From positions 1-56,995 of the IMG/VR virus record IMGVR_UViG_3300035703_000115: a stretch of 56,995 bases of DNA; one strand, 5' to 3'. This document shows, piece after piece, positions 52,932-56,995 of the stretch. Position 1 is the first letter of the stretch. Every line of letters starts with the position of its first letter. The stretch comes from a virus (Duplodnaviria; Caudoviricetes). Under the pieces are notes generated by a model. The model saw only the letters and a list, made by a program, of their open reading frames with translations, was not told where the DNA came from and made no database searches. The translations under genes and the position numbers were made by a program.

Positions 52932-53603
52932 ATGGCGACGTACCTGGAACTGTGCCGCGACCTGCGGCAAGAGGCCGGCATTGCCGGGATGGGGCCGCTG
53001 TCGGTGGCCAACCAGTCCGGCGAGGCCAAGCGCATCGTGGACTGGGTGCGCCGCGCTTACAACGACATCCAGCTGGAATCAACCCAATGGCGTTGGCTCA
53101 CGGCAGAGTTCCAGTTCGTCACCACTCCAGGCAAGCAGGCGTACAGCCCGCTTGAAGCGGGCATTACCGCTAGGTTTGATCGGTGGAATCCCCGCTCAAT
53201 TCGGTTGAGTCTCGTGGGGGTTCAAGATCAAATCGAGCTTGAGTACATCAGCTACGACGAGTTCCGCGCGATCTATCTGACGGGGCCTCGAACAGAGTCC
53301 CGGCCCACGGTGGTCAGCATCTCGCCGCAGCAAGAACTTCTGCTAGGTGACGTGCCCAATCTCGCATACACGGTGGTCGGTGAGTATCAAAAGACCCTGC
53401 AAAAACTGCAGGCTGACTCCGACACCCCCGAGATGCCAGAGCAGTACCACGACGCAATCCTGTACTGGGCATTGACCAAGTACGCGCGCTACGAGTCGGC
53501 CCCTGAGATTTACCAGGATGCGATGGCCAACTTCAAGCGCCTGATGGGCGGACTGCGCCAGCACCAGTTGCCCTTCATCGCCCAGCCGGAGCCGCTGGCG
53601 TGA
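52932..53603 (+). CDS. Head-tail adaptor
   Basis: TYLELC start, W.W, L..D.DTP.MPEQYHDAI; position in the module. Confidence 0.7.
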   Translation: MATYLELCRDLRQEAGIAGMGPLSVANQSGEAKRIVDWVRRAYNDIQLESTQWRWLTAEFQFVTTPGKQAYSPLEAGITARFDRWNPRSIRLSLVGVQDQIELEYISYDEFRAIYLTGPRTESRPTVVSISPQQELLLGDVPNLAYTVVGEYQKTLQKLQADSDTPEMPEQYHDAILYWALTKYARYESAPEIYQDAMANFKRLMGGLRQHQLPFIAQPEPLA

Positions 53604-55618
53604 TCACGAACTTCTCGGACATCCGCTACGACTTCGCGCGTCTGGCCGGGGGACTGGACCAGATCACGCCGACCCTGGCGCTCAAGCCGGGCGTGGCGCG
53701 GCGCGCTGCCAACTTCGAGTGTTCGATCACGGGCGGCTACACCCGCATTCAGGGCTACGAGCGGTTTGATGGCCGCACGCGTCCTTCTGCTGCCGGCTAC
53801 ACCGCCCTGGTGGTGGCCAATGCCTCGGGTTTCACGGTCGGCCAAACCGTCAGCACCGCAACAGGGTCTGGCGTCATCGTGGCCATTGATGGCGTGACCC
53901 TGGTGCTCACCAAGGCCGCCGGATCGTTCGATGCCGGGCAGACCATTGGGTCCACCACCATCACCTCGTTCTCGCTGATCGTCGCAGACCCTGCAGCGGA
54001 TGCCAGGTATCGGCACCTCGCAGCCAATGAGTACCGCAAGGACATCGGCCTGGTTCCGGGTGTCGGCCCGATCCTGGGCGTGGCGTACTACTCCGGCAAG
54101 GTCTATGCGTGGCGCAACAACGCCGCGGGCACCGAGGCCGTGATGTGGGGCTCAAGCGCCACGGGTTGGCAGCAGGTCATGCTGTTTGAGGAGGTGCCCT
54201 TCACCAACGCCAACACGAGCGTGAACGAGGGCGACACCTTGACCCAAGGCGGCGTGAGCGCCCTGGTGCGCCGGGTGGTTCTGGAGAAGGGCTCACTGGC
54301 CTCGACTCCGAACTCTGGGCGTCTGATCGTCAGTGGCCGCACGGGAGGCAACTTCACGGCCGCGGCTGCGACCTCCACCGGGGGCGGCGCGCTCACATTA
54401 GGCGGCCCGGCGGTGGCCATCAAGCTCTTGCCCAGTGGCGAGTTCAATTCGGTCGTGGCCAACTTCGGCGGCGGCCCGCAGAACCGGCGCCTGTATGTGG
54501 CTGATGGCGTGAACCGCGCCTTCGAGTTCGACGGCACGGTCCTGGTTCCCATCTCAAGCGGCATGTCGCCGGACAAGCCCAGGCGCGTGGTGGCCCACAA
54601 GCAGCACCTGTTCCTGAGCTTTGGCTACTCGCTGCAGTATTCGGCCGTGGGATTCCCGTACTCGTTCAGCCCCATCCTGGGCGCCGGCGAGATTGCGCTG
54701 AACACCGACATCACCGACCTCGTGCAGTTGCCCGGCGACCAGTTGACCGGCGCCCTGGCGGTGTTCACCACCGACGAGACGGCGATCCTGTACGGGTCAA
54801 GCTCGCTGAACTTCCAACTGTCCAACTTCAACACCCGCACGGGCGCGGTGATTGGGACAGCGCAGAACCTGGAGCAGACCTACATCCTGACGGACCAGGG
54901 CGTTGTGAGCCTCGCTGTGACGCAGCAGTTCGGCAACTTCCTGCCCGCGTCGCTGACCACCACGCTGCGGCCTTTCATCCGGCAGCACCTGCCCTTTGCG
55001 ACCTGCAGCGGCCTGTCGCGTGAGAAGGCCCAGTACCGGGTGTTCTTCAGCGACGGGTTTGGCCTGTACGTCACCGTGCGCAATGGTCAGTTCCTGGGCG
55101 CGATGCCGGTGCAGTTCCCGGACCCCGTGCTGTGCATGACCGAGGGCGACCGCGCGGACGGATCCAAGACGAGCTACTTCGGCTCGGCCAACGGTTACGT
55201 CTATGAGATTGACGCCGGCACCTCGTTCGATGGCCAGGACATCCCGGCCAACGTGAGCTTGGTTTTCAACTCGATGGGCAACAGCCGCCTCCTCAAGCGT
55301 TACCGCAAGGCGTCGTTCGAGATTTTTGGTGACGCCTACGCGCAGTTCGCGGTGGGCTACGACCTGGGCTACCGCTCGATGGAGTACGAGCAGGCGGCCG
55401 ACACGGCAAGCGCCACGGACCTGCGCTCGTCGTATTGGGATCAGTTCGTTTGGGACGACTTCCTGTGGGACGGCAAGGAACTGGCGCCCGCTGAGTTTGA
55501 TGTGACGGGCTCTGCCGAGAACGTCGCATTCCGAGTTTCTTGCGTGGCACCGGATGTTGAGCCGTTCACCCTCAACAGCATCACGGTTCACTACAGCCCA
55601 CGACGGGGTATCCGATGA
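53600..55618 (+). CDS. Tail nozzle/packaged-DNA stabilisation-like protein
   Basis: GGLD...NFE...GGY.RI.GYERFDG; beta-propeller-like; follows the adaptor. Confidence 0.7.
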   Translation: MITNFSDIRYDFARLAGGLDQITPTLALKPGVARRAANFECSITGGYTRIQGYERFDGRTRPSAAGYTALVVANASGFTVGQTVSTATGSGVIVAIDGVTLVLTKAAGSFDAGQTIGSTTITSFSLIVADPAADARYRHLAANEYRKDIGLVPGVGPILGVAYYSGKVYAWRNNAAGTEAVMWGSSATGWQQVMLFEEVPFTNANTSVNEGDTLTQGGVSALVRRVVLEKGSLASTPNSGRLIVSGRTGGNFTAAAATSTGGGALTLGGPAVAIKLLPSGEFNSVVANFGGGPQNRRLYVADGVNRAFEFDGTVLVPISSGMSPDKPRRVVAHKQHLFLSFGYSLQYSAVGFPYSFSPILGAGEIALNTDITDLVQLPGDQLTGALAVFTTDETAILYGSSSLNFQLSNFNTRTGAVIGTAQNLEQTYILTDQGVVSLAVTQQFGNFLPASLTTTLRPFIRQHLPFATCSGLSREKAQYRVFFSDGFGLYVTVRNGQFLGAMPVQFPDPVLCMTEGDRADGSKTSYFGSANGYVYEIDAGTSFDGQDIPANVSLVFNSMGNSRLLKRYRKASFEIFGDAYAQFAVGYDLGYRSMEYEQAADTASATDLRSSYWDQFVWDDFLWDGKELAPAEFDVTGSAENVAFRVSCVAPDVEPFTLNSITVHYSPRRGIR

Positions 55619-56754
55619 GCACAGAGTATTTCATCCCAACTGGCAACCCGCAGCCCAACTCGCCCGGCGCGTCCAACCAGATTCGCTCTGAGTTCGCGCT
55701 TGTCCAGGCTGGCTTTGCCAAGCTGCCCGCCATGATGGCCAACGGCAACAAGGCCGTGGTCGTCAACTCGGCCGGCACCGCGCTGACCACGACGACGACG
55801 TTCACCGGCTTCACGCTGAACACCCCGACGATCAATGGCGGCACGGGCACGTTCAACAGCCCGACGCTGACAACGCCCACCATCACGGGCGGCACGATCA
55901 ACGGCGCGGTGATCGGCGCGACCACGCCTGCTGCGGCGACGTTCACAACCGCGACGGCCACCTCGTTCGTCGGCAACCTGACGGGCAACGCCTCCACGGC
56001 AACGACTGCGCTCACGGCCAACACGGCCAACAGTGCAACGACTGCGACCACGGCAACCAACGTCAATGGCGGGACGGTCAACGCCACAACCGGGACGTTC
56101 TCGGGCACGGTCACCGCGCCGAACTTTGTGGGCGTCATCTCGGACGCAACCAATGCTCAGTTTGCTGTCACGCAGCCCCTTGCTGACAACAGCACGCGAA
56201 TCGCCACAACGGCCTTCGTCATGCAGATCGCCTTCCAGAACGCTCTGCCGGATGTGGACAACACGGTGGCCGGGTATGTGCCGACGAACGACGGCACCAA
56301 CTCATTCTGGTCGCCGCTCAAGACCATCGGAGGTCAGACCCTATTGGGCACTGGCGAAGTGGCTGGAGTTGTCACAGCAACCGGCACCGATACGCTGACC
56401 GACAAGACCATCGAGGATGGCATCTTCTCCAACGGATACCGGGAAGAGACATTCACCGCCAACAGCGGCACCGCTTTCACGGTGGACATCCTCAATGGAT
56501 CGCTTCAGGTCATCACACTCACTGGCAATGTGATGTTCACCTTCCCCACGCCCACGGCAGGGCGCGGTCTGGTGATCCTGCTCAAGCAAGACGCCACGGG
56601 CGGCAGGACGGCCACATGGCCGATGACGGTGAAGTGGCCCGGAGGTACTGCGCCGACGATTACGTCAGCAGCGAACAAGCTGGACAAGTTCGCGTTTGTC
56701 GCGGATGGAATCAACTGGTACGGCACCAATGCCGGCCAGAACTACACGGTGTAA
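55615..56754 (+). CDS. Tail fibre-like protein
   Basis: Thr-rich repeats, STRIATTAFV, LKQDATGGRTATWP..VKW.GGTAP. Confidence 0.7.
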   Translation: MSTEYFIPTGNPQPNSPGASNQIRSEFALVQAGFAKLPAMMANGNKAVVVNSAGTALTTTTTFTGFTLNTPTINGGTGTFNSPTLTTPTITGGTINGAVIGATTPAAATFTTATATSFVGNLTGNASTATTALTANTANSATTATTATNVNGGTVNATTGTFSGTVTAPNFVGVISDATNAQFAVTQPLADNSTRIATTAFVMQIAFQNALPDVDNTVAGYVPTNDGTNSFWSPLKTIGGQTLLGTGEVAGVVTATGTDTLTDKTIEDGIFSNGYREETFTANSGTAFTVDILNGSLQVITLTGNVMFTFPTPTAGRGLVILLKQDATGGRTATWPMTVKWPGGTAPTITSAANKLDKFAFVADGINWYGTNAGQNYTV

Positions 56755-56757
56755 GCG

Positions 56758-56995
56758 ATGCTCGGTGGGACGAATCAATCGGCTATCGCGCAGGTGTTTG
56801 AGTACGTCGAAGACGTATTCAGCACCTATCTGTATACCGGCAACGGCTCTACGCAGACCATCACTAATGGGATTGATCTGTCCACGAAGGGTGGACTGGT
56901 TTGGATTAAAGCCAGAAATGGGGCGGGCAATCACAGACTTTTTGACACGGCAAGAGGACTTGGTTCGACAGGATTGCTAATAAGCAATCTAGAAA
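56758..56995 (+). CDS. Tail/receptor-binding-type protein, 5' part (runs off the contig)
   Basis: MLGG...VEDVFSTYLYTGNGSTQTITNGIDL..GGLVWIK.R...DTARG; open to the end of the window. Confidence 0.7.
   Translation, partial: MLGGTNQSAIAQVFEYVEDVFSTYLYTGNGSTQTITNGIDLSTKGGLVWIKARNGAGNHRLFDTARGLGSTGLLISNLE

Overview
Near-complete genome (about 57 kb, GC-rich) of a temperate, podovirus-like tailed phage. The host is probably a Betaproteobacterium (Burkholderiales), inferred from the attP tRNA fragment. The contig is opened inside a tail/receptor-binding gene whose 5' part is at 56758-56995 and whose 3' part is at 1-697. Gene order: tail tip and lysis genes; internal virion (ejection) proteins, including a 4189-aa polyvalent protein; a Tad2-like moron; attP (3' half of tRNA-Lys-CTT) with integrase/excisionase; a leftward early operon with Exo/Bet; the cI/cro switch; an HNH plus SF2 helicase insert; DUF1376 initiator, DnaB, SSB, NinB, RusA and Q; terminase; a 5-kb accessory block; portal and scaffold; an IR-bracketed GIY-YIG homing endonuclease; N4-gp56-type capsid; adaptor, nozzle and tail fibre. 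The most interesting signal lies inside the giant gene. Three small ORFs with their own Shine-Dalgarno sequences are nested in the +1 frame in its inter-domain linkers. Each of its two RNase-like (BECR-fold) domains is followed directly by an antisense sigma70-type promoter that would transcribe a 70-80 nt structured RNA, and the two RNAs share an anticodon-arm-like motif. Together these suggest toxin modules that carry their own protein or RNA antidotes inside one ORF (inference). All family assignments come from motif recognition by eye; no database searches were run.
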